DNA of 63,353 bases, filler included, from Hausera hauseri (taxonomy: Eukaryota), in assembly GCA_046269625.1 (NCBI GenBank). It is 10 parts of 10 records of this genome, joined end to end, with 100 filler letters (N's around TTAATTAATTAA, not from the genome) between each part and the next. Parts side by side here need not be neighbours in the genome. Positions count along the whole stretch, not along the records: positions 1 to 7,504 come from JBJURY010010677.1; positions 7,605 to 14,403 come from JBJURY010064551.1; 8 more parts are not named here. One strand, given 5' to 3'. Under the pieces are notes generated by a model. It saw only the letters and a program-made list of their open reading frames with translations, was not told where the DNA came from and did not search any database. A program made the position numbers and the translations under genes. Positions 1 to 12,239 of the stretch are shown piece by piece; the first letter of the stretch is position 1; every line of letters begins with the position of its first letter.

Positions 1-80
1 TACTGTCTTAAACAAAGAACAAAAGAAAAAAAACTAGAAAAGAACTCAACTATATCCATTTAAAGTCATCTTTTGAATTT

Positions 81-1648
81 GAGGCACTTGAAACACTTCG
101 TGACGTTAGCCAGAATTATCCCGTTTGAGCACATTATTGTCGGAAATTCCTGTTAGTCAGGAATTTATAAATAAACTTACAGTTGATCAGGCGGTTCTCG
201 AACAAACTAATGGTTTGCAAGGTGATCAAATTGCATCGATTATGAACGTTCGTCATTCTGAAAGTGATTCAAATACTGGTAATCAATTTCTGTTGGACGT
301 TAGAAATGCTCCAGCTGTGATGTGAATAACCTTGAGAAGGATAGTCGCAATTATTCATGGCCTAAATCAGTTCATGATTTACTTACACCTACATATCCTG
401 GAGTTATGAAAAGAATAGCTAAAAACTTTTTCAGTGCCATTTTAGTTCTGGATCCATCACTTATTGAGAGCAGGGAATATGTTAAGTTTGTTGAGGCTTT
501 CGTCATACACAATGCACCAATTAGAATGATTTTTTTATGGGCAGTAGATCCCAATGAAAAGTTGGAAAACGCTCCTGGCAGAGCTTTTATCAGATCCTTA
601 GATCCCTTAGCTGCTCTTAGTTTCATTACAGATTTCTACGCATTGATTGATGATGGTGAGCCGATTACCGTGCCTTTGGTTAAAGATTATCTGAAGGAAA
701 AGTATTCAGATGTGGACTTTGATGTTACGTTTCGGGAGAAATTGGACTATGATGACAATATTAAGGCGTCGTGGAAATTACCAAAACCATTAGTTTTACT
801 AAATGGCTTGCTCATAGATTCAAAATCTCTAAATGAAATGGGATTCGAAGAAACCGTTGTGAATAACGTTCTCCTGACAACTATGGTACTGCAGAAACTT
901 GTGACCAGTGGACAGTTGACCGATGGACTCCCGGTCTTAAACTTTTTGATGTCAGCTGACAATGTTGTAACCCGACTTAATAATAAAATTTTGAAAAATA
1001 AAAGTGCTCGTTTCGTCAGCTTTGTCAAGTCGTTCGACCAAGCTTCAAATGTCACTAATGACTATTTATCCAGTTTGAGTAGCGACGAAATCTCAACGAA
1101 TATTGCTGATACCTTGCTGTATTTTGTTAAAGACGACGATTTTTCTAGCAAAAAACATGTTACTATATGGATTATTGTTGACATGGAAAATTCTGTTGAT
1201 CAGAGCATGTTTTTCGAATCTTTAAGATTGATGCAATCTTCATACAATACACGGCTGGATCTGATATTCAATCCATCTTCAGCAAATCGTCATAGCCTTT
1301 TAAATCCTGCTATGTATAATATTATAAAAATTACTCACAGAGTTGTCTAGAAAGTTGTTTATCGATTTGTTAACTGATACTTCTTCAACGGCTTTGAAAG
1401 AAAAACTGATCAATTATTTGAAAAAGAAGGAATATGTTAAGACTAAACTGGGTGATCTACTAGATGTACCTAAAAATTACTTATCTAGAGACGAACCTTT
1501 TGTAAAAAGTGTTTTAAAATGCAAGCTTGGTGAAGCAGTTGTGATAGCCAATGGAAAAATGTTTGTTCCATTTGATCAGAATGAAACTCTTGTAAAGGAT
1601 GATTCTAAACCAATTGAAAGAGGCTGTAGTAATGGAAAAAAGTGTTGA
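81..1648 (+). pseudogene. UGGT: UDP-glucose:glycoprotein glucosyltransferase fragment (thioredoxin-like domain region), intronless and frameshifted
   Basis: Successive frames give EALETLRDVSQNYP, LDVRNAPAVM/NNLEKDSRNYSWPKSVHDLLTPTYPGVMKRIAKN, FLMSADNVVTRLNNKIL, VTIWIIVDM...SSYNTRLDLIFNP and VLKCKLGEAVVIANGKMFVPF, collinear with animal UGGT. Frameshifts near 123, 322 and 1345. Confidence 0.85.
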
Positions 1649-2140
1649 AAAGGTTAAAGAAGGTCCTTGGTAGTGGGATTGTTAAAGCTAGAAAGCTGTC
1701 TGATTTAATGAATAAAATCGCATCACTGGACAAGGCCTTGGACATCTGAACAAATTTGGAAATTAGCTGTCGAATGGGAAACCAATTGAGATGTTTGGAA
1801 AGCTGGGAGATTTGTTGAACTTCACGTGCTGAGGAAAAAGTACCACAGCAACCTCACTGATCGACCGACGGACATTCAACCATCAGAGGCATCTAAACAC
1901 AGATGGGTGAGATTTCTTTCATTGATTCGCACCCACCAGTGTGATCGCTTTCTAGGCATTTGCGGACCCTTCCTGACTCAAACAATTTTTCATTTTAAAG
2001 GGTTTCTAAACTTAAAATCTTTGTATATTTCTTCATCCCAATCTTCATTTGCCACCACTATCCCGGCTGTACGCTCGAACCACTTCTTAATCCAAAAGGT
2101 AACCGCCCAAGCCCTCCGTGCATTTCAGTGTTCCCTTGGG

Positions 2141-2383
2141 ATGACCTCATCACAATTATTTTTCCTGGTCTTTAGCTACAACTAACACATTACAACTTTA
2201 CAAGCTCCACTCAACGATACAGCACCGTTCTTATATAACGCTTTGTCCTCATCATATAGCATCTCTGATTTTTATTTCACATATCAAGGGCTTATGGTAC
2301 ATCCTTCATACTCCCTCTTGTCTTTCGTATGCCACTAACGTCCAGACACCTGTCTCATGCTCCATTTTCGCTTACGGGGTGGA
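2141..2383 (+). pseudogene. Ubiquitin-like domain ending in LRGG, in frame with and N-terminal to Gag
   Basis: One frame from ATG 2141: MTSSQLFFLVFSYN*HITTLQAPLNDTAPFLYNALSSSYSISDFYFTYQGLMVHPSYSLLSFVCH*RPDTCLMLHFRLRGG (81 codons, 2 TAA stops). Confidence 0.6.
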
Positions 2384-3351
2384 TCGGACCCCGATCCTTC
2401 TTATGTGGAAAACTCCACAAAGACCAGATCTGGTCGTAGTCCTGCCGACCCCACACCAACTACATCTCCAAATCTTCCTTGCACAGATTTTTCTCTTGAT
2501 AAATCAAATTTGAGCCGCATTTGGTTACAGTTCCATTTGCAATGGCTTAAAGCCAATCTTATCACAGACTCCTTTTTGCGGGCGAACAGTTTGCTGTTAT
2601 TACTTCCAGCTAACATCTAGCAGCAAATCAACAATCTTGCTGACATACTTTTTCAACTCCATATGATATGCTTTATGAATCAGTTCTGCACATCACCGAC
2701 CCTTTCATTGGCAGTATAATTCAAAAATACTTCAATGAGCATGCCAGCGGAAATCAAAAACCGTCGGATTTCCTTAAAACTGCAATGTCGCAATTGAGTT
2801 CCTTAGGCGTCACTTCTATAAACAATGCCGATCTTCTTCGTCGATATTTTCTTTCATTTTTACCAACCTCCATCAGGGCGCTACTCACTGTAGTAGATGA
2901 CTCTACTACACTTGAAAAGCTGGCCTTATTGACAGACAAAAGCTTTGACATTTTGCAGTCTATTAGTCCACAACCAGTAGCTAAAGCAACCGCTCACACA
3001 CCTTCACACACCGACAACACTCCATTTTCACAACAATTGAAATTGATGCAGCAACAGTTTGACGAGTTAAATCAGTCGATTCTAGCCATTACTACCCAAC
3101 TAAATAATCTTAATAGGCCTCGACGAAGCGAAACCAGACCTCTAAGGGAGAGAAGCACTTTCAGGCACTCTGCTCGATCCATTTCACCTGGTGGACGCAT
3201 TACTTGTTTTTATCACACGCGATTTCAAAGGGATGCTAGAAAGTGTTTTTTGGCTTGTCGTTTCTACAGCAAACGGTACGCTGTAGACAACCTCATTTGT
3301 ATCTATCACAATAAGTTTCAGTCACGGGCTAGATCATGTGTGCCTGTTTGA
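2384..3351 (+). pseudogene. gag: Gypsy Gag (capsid-like, with C-terminal CxYHxxFxxxARxC motifs)
   Basis: LPCTDF...IWLQF...LITD...LLLLPANI, then KPSDFL, LLRRYFLSFLPTSIRALL, TLEKLALLTDK, and twin CFYHTRFQRDARKC / CIYHNKFQSRARSC motifs. Confidence 0.75.
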
Positions 3352-4199
3352 AAATATTATATCCATAAGTCTCCTCGCTTTTCATCCTCCTATTCCTTTT
3401 CTCCAAAACCTTCAAAAAAGTAAAAGCGCCACCAGATTTTACGGCACATTCTGGTGCAGGCAATATCGCTCAATCTTCTGGCCGTTTCAACACCGCCTCT
3501 GCAGTCTTTCTGTTCAGAGATGCACTGTTATGCAGTGATACTTCACATATCGACTTTCTTATAGATTCAGGAGCTGCCTTTTCACTCCTTCCGTTGTCCT
3601 TCGTTCCTACATCGACTATGATTTCCTGTCCACCGTTTTTCATTGCCAGTATTCAACTGTTGCATGTTGCAGGACCACGGAATTGACTTTCACATTCGCA
3701 AACTTGCCAAATAAGTTTGTATGGAAGTTCCACGTGGCTAAAATTAAATCTCCCATAATAGGCTCAGGTTTTCTCTGCACAAGATTATTTAATCGATTGC
3801 AAATACAGCTATCTTTTAAGCAGGAACTCAATTGCGACTCCAAACATGTGTCTCGTAGACAACTTAGCGAGCAATTCACTGCACTCATCTATGAACCTGT
3901 TAAACGCTTCGTCATCTATAAAATCTTCAGATAAAGTCGGCAATATTTCAATTATGAGCGACAATCATAAATCCATTCTAAAACAAAAATCTAAATTAGG
4001 CGTCGACAGTAGTGATGCCAGTTGCTTTTCGTCAATCACTGGAGCTGTTCTCTCTAATGACATGCCTTATTCATTTTTATTTCTAGACTCCGATCTTAGA
4101 TCATACGTCATAACGTTTTGCTTTCGCAGAGTTTAAAGGGACGTCAACGTCAAGCCTCCATCCACAACTTATCATCACATAGTAACAGAGAATCAGAGG

Positions 4200-4984
4200 C
4201 CGATCAAACAAAAGGTCAGACCCTTGTCGCCACGAAGACGTAAATCTATGGAACAGGAGTTTAATGGATTGGAAAGGTTTGGCATCATTCGGAGATAGAA
4301 TTCGCCGTGGGCTTCTCCTCTTCATGTAGTGGTAAAGAAAGATGGTACCTATAGGCTATGTGGCGACTATCGTCAATTAAACAACCTAACCATTACCGAC
4401 GCCTATCCATTACCACTCATTAAAGATATTCTTCATAGCCTCAACAACACCAATACCTATTCTACCATTCATCTGCACAAAGCCTACCATCAAATTCCTG
4501 TTGCCCCTGATGACATTCCAAAAACTGCTGTCATCACACCATTTGGTCTTTATGAATACATCTTCATGCCTTTCGGCCTTCGTAGCGCATCTCAGACCTT
4601 TCAACGCCACATCGACACCGTTCTTTCTGGTCTTGATTTTGCTCATCCATACATAGATGACATATAGTCGCTTCTAGATCCATCAAACAACATCGTGAGC
4701 ACTTTAGGATCATTTTCCACAGATTGCATCAAAACAACGTGCGAGTTAATTTCGCCAAATGCAATTTCTTCCAAAAACATGTCAACTTCTTAGGCCACAT
4801 AATTACTCCTGAAGGGTATTCGCCCCAGCCTGATTGCTTACAACAATTAAAAAATGTGACGTTGCCAACTACTACTACCGATATGAGTTTTTTTGGGACA
4901 TTGCATTTTGTACACAAATACGTGTCTCACTGTTCCGAACTGAAGGCACTTTTCGCACATCTCTCATCTGGAAAGAAAAGATAA
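4200..4984 (+). pseudogene. pol: Gypsy reverse transcriptase (disrupted)
   Basis: SPWASPLHVVVKKDGTYRLCGDYRQLN, KTAVITPFGLYEYIFMPFGLRSASQTFQR, YIDDI, KCNFFQKHVNFLGHII. Confidence 0.95.
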
Positions 4985-5059
4985 TTAATCCATTGGACTT
5001 CCGATCTAGTAAACCAATTTGATCGCCTTCGTGAAGATCTGAAAACTGTTGAAATCTTA

Positions 5060-5476
5060 GCCTTTCCAAAACCAAACGCCGAACTAATATTGACTACCGA
5101 TGCCTCTACCAAAGTAACTGGTACGATATTACACCAAATATACAATTACGTCGATGAACCATTAGAATTCTATTCCCGAAAGCTTACGCAACCTGAAAGT
5201 CGATACTCAGCATTTGATCGTGAACTCTTGGCTGTAGTTCTAGCGGTAAATCATTTCAAGCACTTTCTTCTTTTACGTCAATTTACCATCCAAACCGACC
5301 ATAAGCCTCTACTTCACATAATGACTTTGAAACAGCCCTCACCCAGGCAAGAACGACAGATATCATATGTGTCGATGTTTAGTTTTTCCATGAAATATAT
5401 TTCAGGCACCGAAAATTTAATAGCGGATTTTCTTTCGCAGTTGGTTAACTCAATTACATATTCTGCAAGCTTTTAA
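5060..5476 (+). pseudogene. pol: Gypsy RNase H
   Basis: TTDAS, FYSRKLTQPESRYSAFDRELLAV, TDHKPL, GTENLIADFLS. Confidence 0.95.
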
Positions 5477-5619
5477 ATCTGTTGAAATCATCGAAGGCAT
5501 CGCTTATGACAATTCCAACTCGACGAAAAAAAAAATCATTTTTGCTCCATCGCTAAAAAACAGCTTTCAATCACTTTCATTCTCTTTATCATCCGCGTTC
5601 AAAAGTCATATTTAGTCTA

Positions 5620-6530
5620 CTGCAACGCCACGTTGTATGGCCAACTATGCGTACAGATATACAGATCTGGGTCAAAGGATGTGTTGCATGTCAACAATAC
5701 AAGGTTTATAAACACCTCAAACCACCACTCTACCACTTTCTTTGCACTTCTCGTTTTGAAACCGTGCATTTGTATCTTATGGGTCCTCTACCTGCCGATA
5801 ATAGTTATCAATATATCCTATCCATGATGGATCGCGCTTCTCGCTGGCCGGAAGCCGTTCTGCTTCGATCAACCAACACTGACTCAGTGGCTGATGAATT
5901 TATCAAGATATGGGTCAGCCGTTTTGGTTCACAACGTCACATCATAACGGACCAGGGTCTGCAATTTGAAGCTAATGTTCTCAAATCTCTTGTAAAACAC
6001 TTGGGTATAGCCCATCTCCGTACGACGCCGTACCATCCCGAAGCAAATGGTCTTCTCGAGAGATTTCATCGTACCATGAAGATTTTCTTAAAAATCCTGG
6101 CTAACAACAATCATAACTGGGCCTCAATTCTTCCTCTAGTCCTACTCGGTTGGCGCAACAATCCATCCACCACTACAGGCTGTGCTCCAGCTGAGGCTGT
6201 CTTTGGGACACCACTTCGTGCACTATTTGAGCTCTCCAATCTCGACGAAAGTCCATCAGATAAAGTTATTCGTGCGGCACAGTCCCACTTTGCTGATGTA
6301 AACTCGAATGCCTTCTGCCGTCTTATAAACAAAGACAAATCTTATTTCCCAGAGGACATATACTCAGCCAAGTTTGTATGGCTGAAGGATTCGTCACCTT
6401 CAGGTTTTCGGTTTCAGTACGTTGGACCTTACAAATTACTCAATCTTTCTTCGCACACTGCCACTATTTTACGCAAGGACCAACCCCATAATGTACACAT
6501 TTCTAATCTTAAGCCAGCCTTCTTCGATGA
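5620..6530 (+). pseudogene. pol: Gypsy integrase (within ORF 5647-6909, which ends in a Ser/Pro-rich tail)
   Basis: WVKGCVACQ zinc site, DRASRWPEA, IITDQGLQFE, TTPYHPEANGLLERFHR, GPY motif. Confidence 0.95.
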
Positions 6531-7073
6531 TGATGACCAGCATAACGGCATTGTTTCAAATCCCAACTTTAACTTCTATACCCTCAAGCCATCATTTAAT
6601 TTCCTTGATGATTTTAATCCTTTGCAGCCATCAATATCGCGTCACGATCAGTTCTCTTCACTTCCATCATCATACAGTGCTCCTTCACCACTTGCTTCTC
6701 CGTCATTGCCTGCACATCCACTATTCATTTCATCTTCATCGCACGATTTTCTGTTATTTTCAGTATCGTCTTCTTTGCGTGATCCATTTCCGTTTTCAGC
6801 GGATCATTTTCCGTCTTCTCCACTTTCACCTCTTTATAAAGCATCTTCCAGCACCAAAAAAATCCACAGTATCTCTCTCTCTCTCAAACGACTCCACAAG
6901 TACCAGTAAGATCTAACAGATCACGTCATGCGACGTTTAGTACTTACAGCAGGAGGAAGTTCATAGATGGAGTCCAACGTCTAACACGTACCAAAATCGA
7001 ATAGGTACAAGTTCTTCTTTTTCCTACTATAATCTCCACTTATTTCTTCTCTTCACAGTCTTTATCTCGCCAC

Positions 7074-7090
7074 GGGGGGTGATGTAGTGC
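7074..7090 (+). promoter_or_regulatory. Polypurine tract and probable start of 3' LTR
   Basis: GGGGGGTGA directly followed by TGTAGTG (TG LTR start at 7083), downstream of integrase. Confidence 0.65.
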
Positions 7091-7504
7091 TTAGAGTGTG
7101 GTCGCACGGGAGGGATTAGCATGTCAATGGGAGGACCTTCCCAACCATCTAACTACACGATACAAAAATTTGTCATTTTTGACACAGGTGTGCCAACAGT
7201 ATTTGTTCGAACACCTTGCAAAAGTTACTGTTGATACGTTTAACAATGTGCGAACAATTATTTGGAATGAAATGGCAATTACCAATGCATAGAAACATGG
7301 ACGTTTCTTTTATTTGGAATGAAATGACAATTACCAATGCAAAGATCTTAAAGCTGTAGCACGTATATGGATGATCGTTAAAGGAAATGATACTATGTAC
7401 ATTTGTGTAATTCTATTTTGTCTATAACTCTCTCTGTATATACATTTATTTGTAAATATGTATTGATAAAAAAATTTTTGAATTGATTGATTTTTTACAA
7501 ATCT

Positions 7505-7604
7505 NNNNNNNNNNNNNNNNNNNNNNNNNNNNNNNNNNNNNNNNNNNNTTAATTAATTAANNNNNNNNNNNNNNNNNNNNNNNNNNNNNNNNNNNNNNNN
7601 NNNN
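7505..7604. other. Artificial contig linker
   Basis: 44 N + TTAATTAATTAA (stops in all six frames) + 44 N. Confidence 0.99.
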
Positions 7605-7871
7605 GTTCTTCGTTGCGAAATAGAACGTTTTCTATTTCTGCAAATGACGCTCGTATCTCGAAGTACCCTGCTTCATCCCAAGTTCCTGCAGTTGGGGCAT
7701 GAATGTTGACTCCATTCATGTTGCCGTGCCGATGTGCGTAACACTAAAAATGTACCTTTGTGCTTTCTGTATATAAACAGTATTAAATTCTTGAAGAAAA
7801 TCTGTACTGTGAGACAACGCACCAGTATTCTAGAAACTAATTATTGTGACCACTAAATATACTTTTCACAG

Positions 7872-8035
7872 AAAGGCGATCGAGTCTTGACAATAAACAG
7901 CATCAGTGGTACGTATGCCGAGTATACAGTTGCCAACGAGTTGTACGTATCACGCCTGGATGAAAAGCTGTCATTTGGCCAGGGAGCTAGCTTGGGTGTT
8001 CCATACTACACTGCTTATAAGTCTCTGTTTCTAAG
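7872..8035 (+). CDS. CRYZ: Quinone oxidoreductase / zeta-crystallin, internal exon (164 nt)
   Basis: ttttcacag acceptor and gtgag donor; KGDRVLTINSISGTYAEYTVANELYVSRLDEKLSFGQGASLGVPYYTAYKSLFL. Confidence 0.92.
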
Positions 8036-9010
8036 GTGAGTGTTCTAGAAGAGTCCTGGCTTAAAATAAGGAAAAAAATTATGCAAGAAACGTCTAGAGA
8101 TACTCAGGTTAGTATAAATGTGTAACTGTCTCTGAAATTTCTTGTCTGCCAGTAAGGCATTACCAAATATTACAATATCTCTGGCTGTCACTAGACAGGG
8201 AAGTTATATGGACATTATGGATTGCCAGTAATGATTGTCAGCATGGTTAACATGCTTTTTATAATGGTATTTAATCTACATCTAATCTGGTATTTCAGAC
8301 AGCAACAAGTTTTATTGCTATACAATACAGACTCCCTAATAAGGTTAGCTGGGTATCTGCTTTAACTGTACCATTTTTAATAACATCTTTAAGCACGATA
8401 AAACATATATTATCTGGCTAGTCTACTGATGTCACTGAACTGTTCAAAATTTCAGCTGTGTTCTTTATGACTTCTGAACATACAGCTATGTAAGTGAAAG
8501 AGAGACTTCTTTAGGTGTAATATGTATAGTCTTTTTTTCTGGCAATCATAGTCCCCATAGAAGATCATGTGTGTAATTCTTTCTCAGATCTGCTATCCTT
8601 CCCATTCTATTTTTGATAGAATTCTTTATTCTTTTCCTTTCATTTTCATTTCTCATTACTAACAGCTCATGCCATTTTCTGAAGGATGCAACTCTTCCCT
8701 TGAATAATACATACTTTTTCGATTTCCCCTTCTGGCTCTTTAATTAAGTGTGGTAAATAAAATCTAATTAGCTCTCCAGTTAGAAAAGTTGAATAAAAAT
8801 ATCTTCCAACCGTCTATTTAAAGGATGTAAGTAAAAATGTCTTCTGATTTTCTTACTTAAGGAGGTAAATAGTAAACTTAGCCATTCCTGCCACAGCCGT
8901 GGCAGTATGCCTTCACATTGAAGAAGAGTCTATGGCTTTTGCATGAAATTTATTTAGTAAGAACCAGATATGCATGATTCATTTTGTTTTTTTATTTTCT
9001 TTTCAAACAG

Positions 9011-9062
9011 AGCTTTTGCCAAGCCTGGGGAGACTGTATTAGTACATGGAGCTAGTGGGGCT
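9011..9062 (+). CDS. CRYZ: CRYZ internal exon (52 nt)
   Basis: aaacag acceptor and gtaagt donor; phase fits the previous exon; AFAKPGETVLVHGASGA (NADPH-binding motif). Confidence 0.92.
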
Positions 9063-9237
9063 GTAAGTTTTTTTTTTTTAGTCAGGTTTGTCTTGTCTTT
9101 GATCCACAGCCATTGTGAGTCAGCTCTCATTGACTTTGATGCCATTATGTGGTACTATGCAGTTTTAATGAGCTGCTGTGGGCTGCCACAATTTACACTA
9201 TTTATGCTTGGAGTCTCCGGTAGCAGAGTCTGTCTTA

Positions 9238-9386
9238 GCTCCTGGAGTGTGGAGCAAGACAGTAGGTGGTACTTCACTATCTCATACTAATGTGTATAAT
9301 GTCTGTATCGTGCTCCTGGAGTGTGGAGCAAGACAGTAGGTGGTACTTCACTATCTCATACTAATGTGTATAATGTCTGTATCGTG
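9238..9386. repeat. Perfect tandem duplication, 74-bp period, intronic
   Basis: gctcctggagtgtggagcaagacagtaggtggtacttcactatctcatactaatgtgtataatgtctgtatcgt starts at 9238 and again at 9312. Confidence 0.9.
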
Positions 9387-10599
9387 TTGTAGTCTGTGCG
9401 TGGGTCTAGTCCGATTCTGTGGGTTATTTAGTGTGGAGTGGCCAGTTCTTAACCTCAAGGTTTTCATATTCAGGTTATACAGGTCCACATTTTCTACTTC
9501 AGAAAGTACAAATAAAAGCTTCAGACAAATGTTCACAATAGATTTCCAGATATCATTTGAAATAAAAGTATTAGAGAAGACAGGACAAGACCCAATCATA
9601 AACAGCATGAGAAAAATAGGAATTGGATTTGACACGCACTTTACTAAAATCAAAATAGTATTTACCAAACATGCTTTATGGTTGAACCAGCATATACAGA
9701 AGAAGATAACTAGGAGACCAGGGACAGCCTGAAGAAGGATTCAGTATAATAAAAGTAGTGCACCATTTTTATTACGAAATTAAATAAATAAAAGTGCCAG
9801 ATACGGAGATCCACCGGGATATGGAGCAAACAGGAAATAAGAGTAATCATGATTCTTTGTATTAACTGTGATGTTTGGGCCTAGGTTGTACATTACCAGT
9901 ATGATTTGTAATGATAGTTTTATTTGTTCACTGTTCAAAATTAACAGCTGTTAGTTCATTATTATTTTTTATTTTTGTTGTGGCACCATTAATTCATTAT
10001 TATTTGTCTGTTTTTATTTCCCATAATAATCAGATTATTTAGAGTTGAATCTGTTGTATAAGTTTTGGTTTAATGAAAGTTATAGATAATTGATCATCAT
10101 AAAAACTAGAACCTGGATGTTTTCACATTTCTACCTTTATAAAACTGGCTGTTTGCAGTTATTATTATTTTTATTGGTGTAAGATTTGAAACTGTTATAT
10201 GGTGCATTGATTATCGATTGCATTTGTTCTGCTGAATTAGAGTTGAGGATTAATTATCATTTCCTGTTAATAAATAAAAAGAAAATAAAGCAGGATTCCT
10301 TACCTCCTCCAGTTTTTAATACAGAAAAATCATGTGTTGTTGTCCCAGCCTCCAAAAATGATAATGAGAGATTTTCTCTAAAACATTAAGGACTTCTAAT
10401 AATGATGCTAACTTACAACTTTTTATATAAAATAAAATAATTAAGAAATCATTATCAGGTGCCACGCTGTAAAGCATAGGTTGTTATGGATCTTCATCTC
10501 TCACATTCCTTGTGTCCCTGCTCATCTCTGCCATTGACCTTTCTTCTGAGCCATTCACACAAACCATCCAGACACTTCATCCTCTATCATCCGCTACTT

Positions 10600-10950
10600 C
10601 TATTTCCTGGTACTGTGGTACCTGGTACTATTTCCTGGTCACCTGTGGTGACCAGGTTCTCCAGTCCTTCTCTTCTTCAAACATGGCCAATCATGGATGC
10701 TTGTCTTTTTCTGATTTCACCGATAAACGCTATCCGTGGTATTTTCAACATTCTTCTGAGAAATATTATTCTGTTGCTTTCAAAGATTTTTTACTCAGTG
10801 TCTGAGATTTGCAGCCATACAATAGTATGGGTTCGATAAAACACTGCAGGACACTCTTTCTCAACTCTAACTGCAGTGACAGATCTGGCTTACACTATAT
10901 GCTTTTCATTTTCTAGAATGCTGTTTTTGATTTCCATGTCACATCTGCCA
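10600..10950 (-). mobile_element. Decayed LINE (RTE-like) RT C-terminal fragment in intron
   Basis: Minus strand reads PILLYGCKS..., then LRRML..PR, and IGHV.RRE, resembling the RTE thumb region. Confidence 0.5.
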
Positions 10951-11088
10951 TCAGATATTATGATTAAGAAATAAAATAGCTTATATATAAACCATTATAT
11001 TCTTTCTTGTCATTTATATTCACTAAAGTATATTTTTTTATTTTAAAGCTTTACTGAGCAATTAATAACAAAATTGTGTTTTTTTTAG

Positions 11089-11238
11089 GTAGGCATTGCT
11101 GCACTTCAGATTGGCAGAGCAAATGGCCTTCGTGTGATTGGGACTGCTGGCACTAAGGAAGGAATTGAGCTGATTAAGAAAAATGGTGCAGAGCTTGCAT
11201 TTAATCATCGGGAAGAAGGATACATACAAAAATTGCAG
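11089..11238 (+). CDS. CRYZ: CRYZ internal exon (150 nt)
   Basis: tttttag acceptor and gtatat donor; VGIAALQIGRANGLRVIGTAGTKEGIELIKKNGAELAFNHREEGYIQKLQ. Confidence 0.92.
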
Positions 11239-11352
11239 GTATATTGACAGATGTTACAAGTTTTACAAATAGATTATGTTCATTGCATTGTGAGATTTTT
11301 ATTTTAGGATAAGGATATAATTTGTAAATCAGTATCATAGCACAGAAATCAT

Positions 11353-11583
11353 GGTGGCATAGTGATTAGTGCATTTATCTGCCAAGCCAGGGGCACATGT
11401 TCAATTTCCAGTAGTGGCAAATTGTTTTTCAGGGCGATTGACTGGGTGCTGGGTTCTCTGGGTAATGGGGAAAGTAAAGTAGCAAGAAAGGTGATGGCAT
11501 CCCCACTCATAAAAGCCAGAGTCAAGAAGGTACCAACACGTCATTCCTTTACAGCATTACTGCTACGGGACCTTTTTTTTTTT
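11353..11583 (+). mobile_element. Probable tRNA-derived SINE
   Basis: A-box-like GGTGGCATAGTGATT and B-box-like ATGTTCAATTTCC about 45 bp downstream, ending in a T-run. Confidence 0.45.
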
Positions 11584-12239
11584 AATTAAATGTAGCATGG
11601 GCTTAACCCATAAGTATTGTTTTGCCTGGCCAGAAGTTGATCAGAAACTCCTGACTAGTGTCATTTTCAGCAAATGTGTCTTTCTTCAGTCTTCCCAGAG
11701 CTTCATTAGATGCATCATTTGGATGGAATTCAAAGTAGACATACATGTGGGACACACTGGAAACACATTTTTTATAATTTCAGGACCAGTATGACACATA
11801 ATGCCATGCAGGGTAACTTAGAAATGGAAATTGTGCTTGCTGAGGCAAAACTTACTCATCATTGATGGAGTCATCAGTTCCTGAAACTGCAGTGCTTCCA
11901 GCGTCCCGCTTGAAAGAAGTCAGGAGCTGCACAGAAATCCACATGATCTCTGCACTTTGACCTCTGCAAGTCCTAGGATTAATAAAAGCCCTGCACTTGC
12001 CTTTGCATCAAATGACATGTGCAAGACTGCAGCGATGTCTAAGTGAGACCAAATATTTTAGCTTCTTAGTTAGTCATCAGATCATCATCATTGCTTGTTG
12101 GACAAGTCCAGCTTCATCCTCAGTATATCTGCCAGCATGCAGCAATCAGTAGTTCCAGTACTACATTCATTAATGATTCATATTCTGTTCCTTGTGATTC
12201 ATATCTAGTAACACCACATTTCACTCGAAGTTCGTATAT

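Larger units (their letters stand above)
2141..7100 (+). mobile_element. Degenerate Ty3/gypsy LTR retrotransposon (UBL-gag, PR, RT, RNase H, IN, PPT)
   Basis: Domain order gag, RT (LCGDYRQLN, MPFGL, YIDDI), RNase H (TDAS, YSAFDRELLAV, TDHKPL), integrase (IITDQGLQF, YHPEANGLLERFHR). Many stops and frameshifts. Confidence 0.95.

Noticed and set aside
7549-7560. TTAATTAATTAA palindrome recurring nine times
   Set aside because: Always centred in fixed-length N runs; a synthetic six-frame stop linker, not a biological repeat or piggyBac site.
8970-9290. 106-aa ORF containing VLVHGASGAV as a stand-alone gene
   Set aside because: Only 9011-9062 is coding (a CRYZ exon); the rest is intron read-through.
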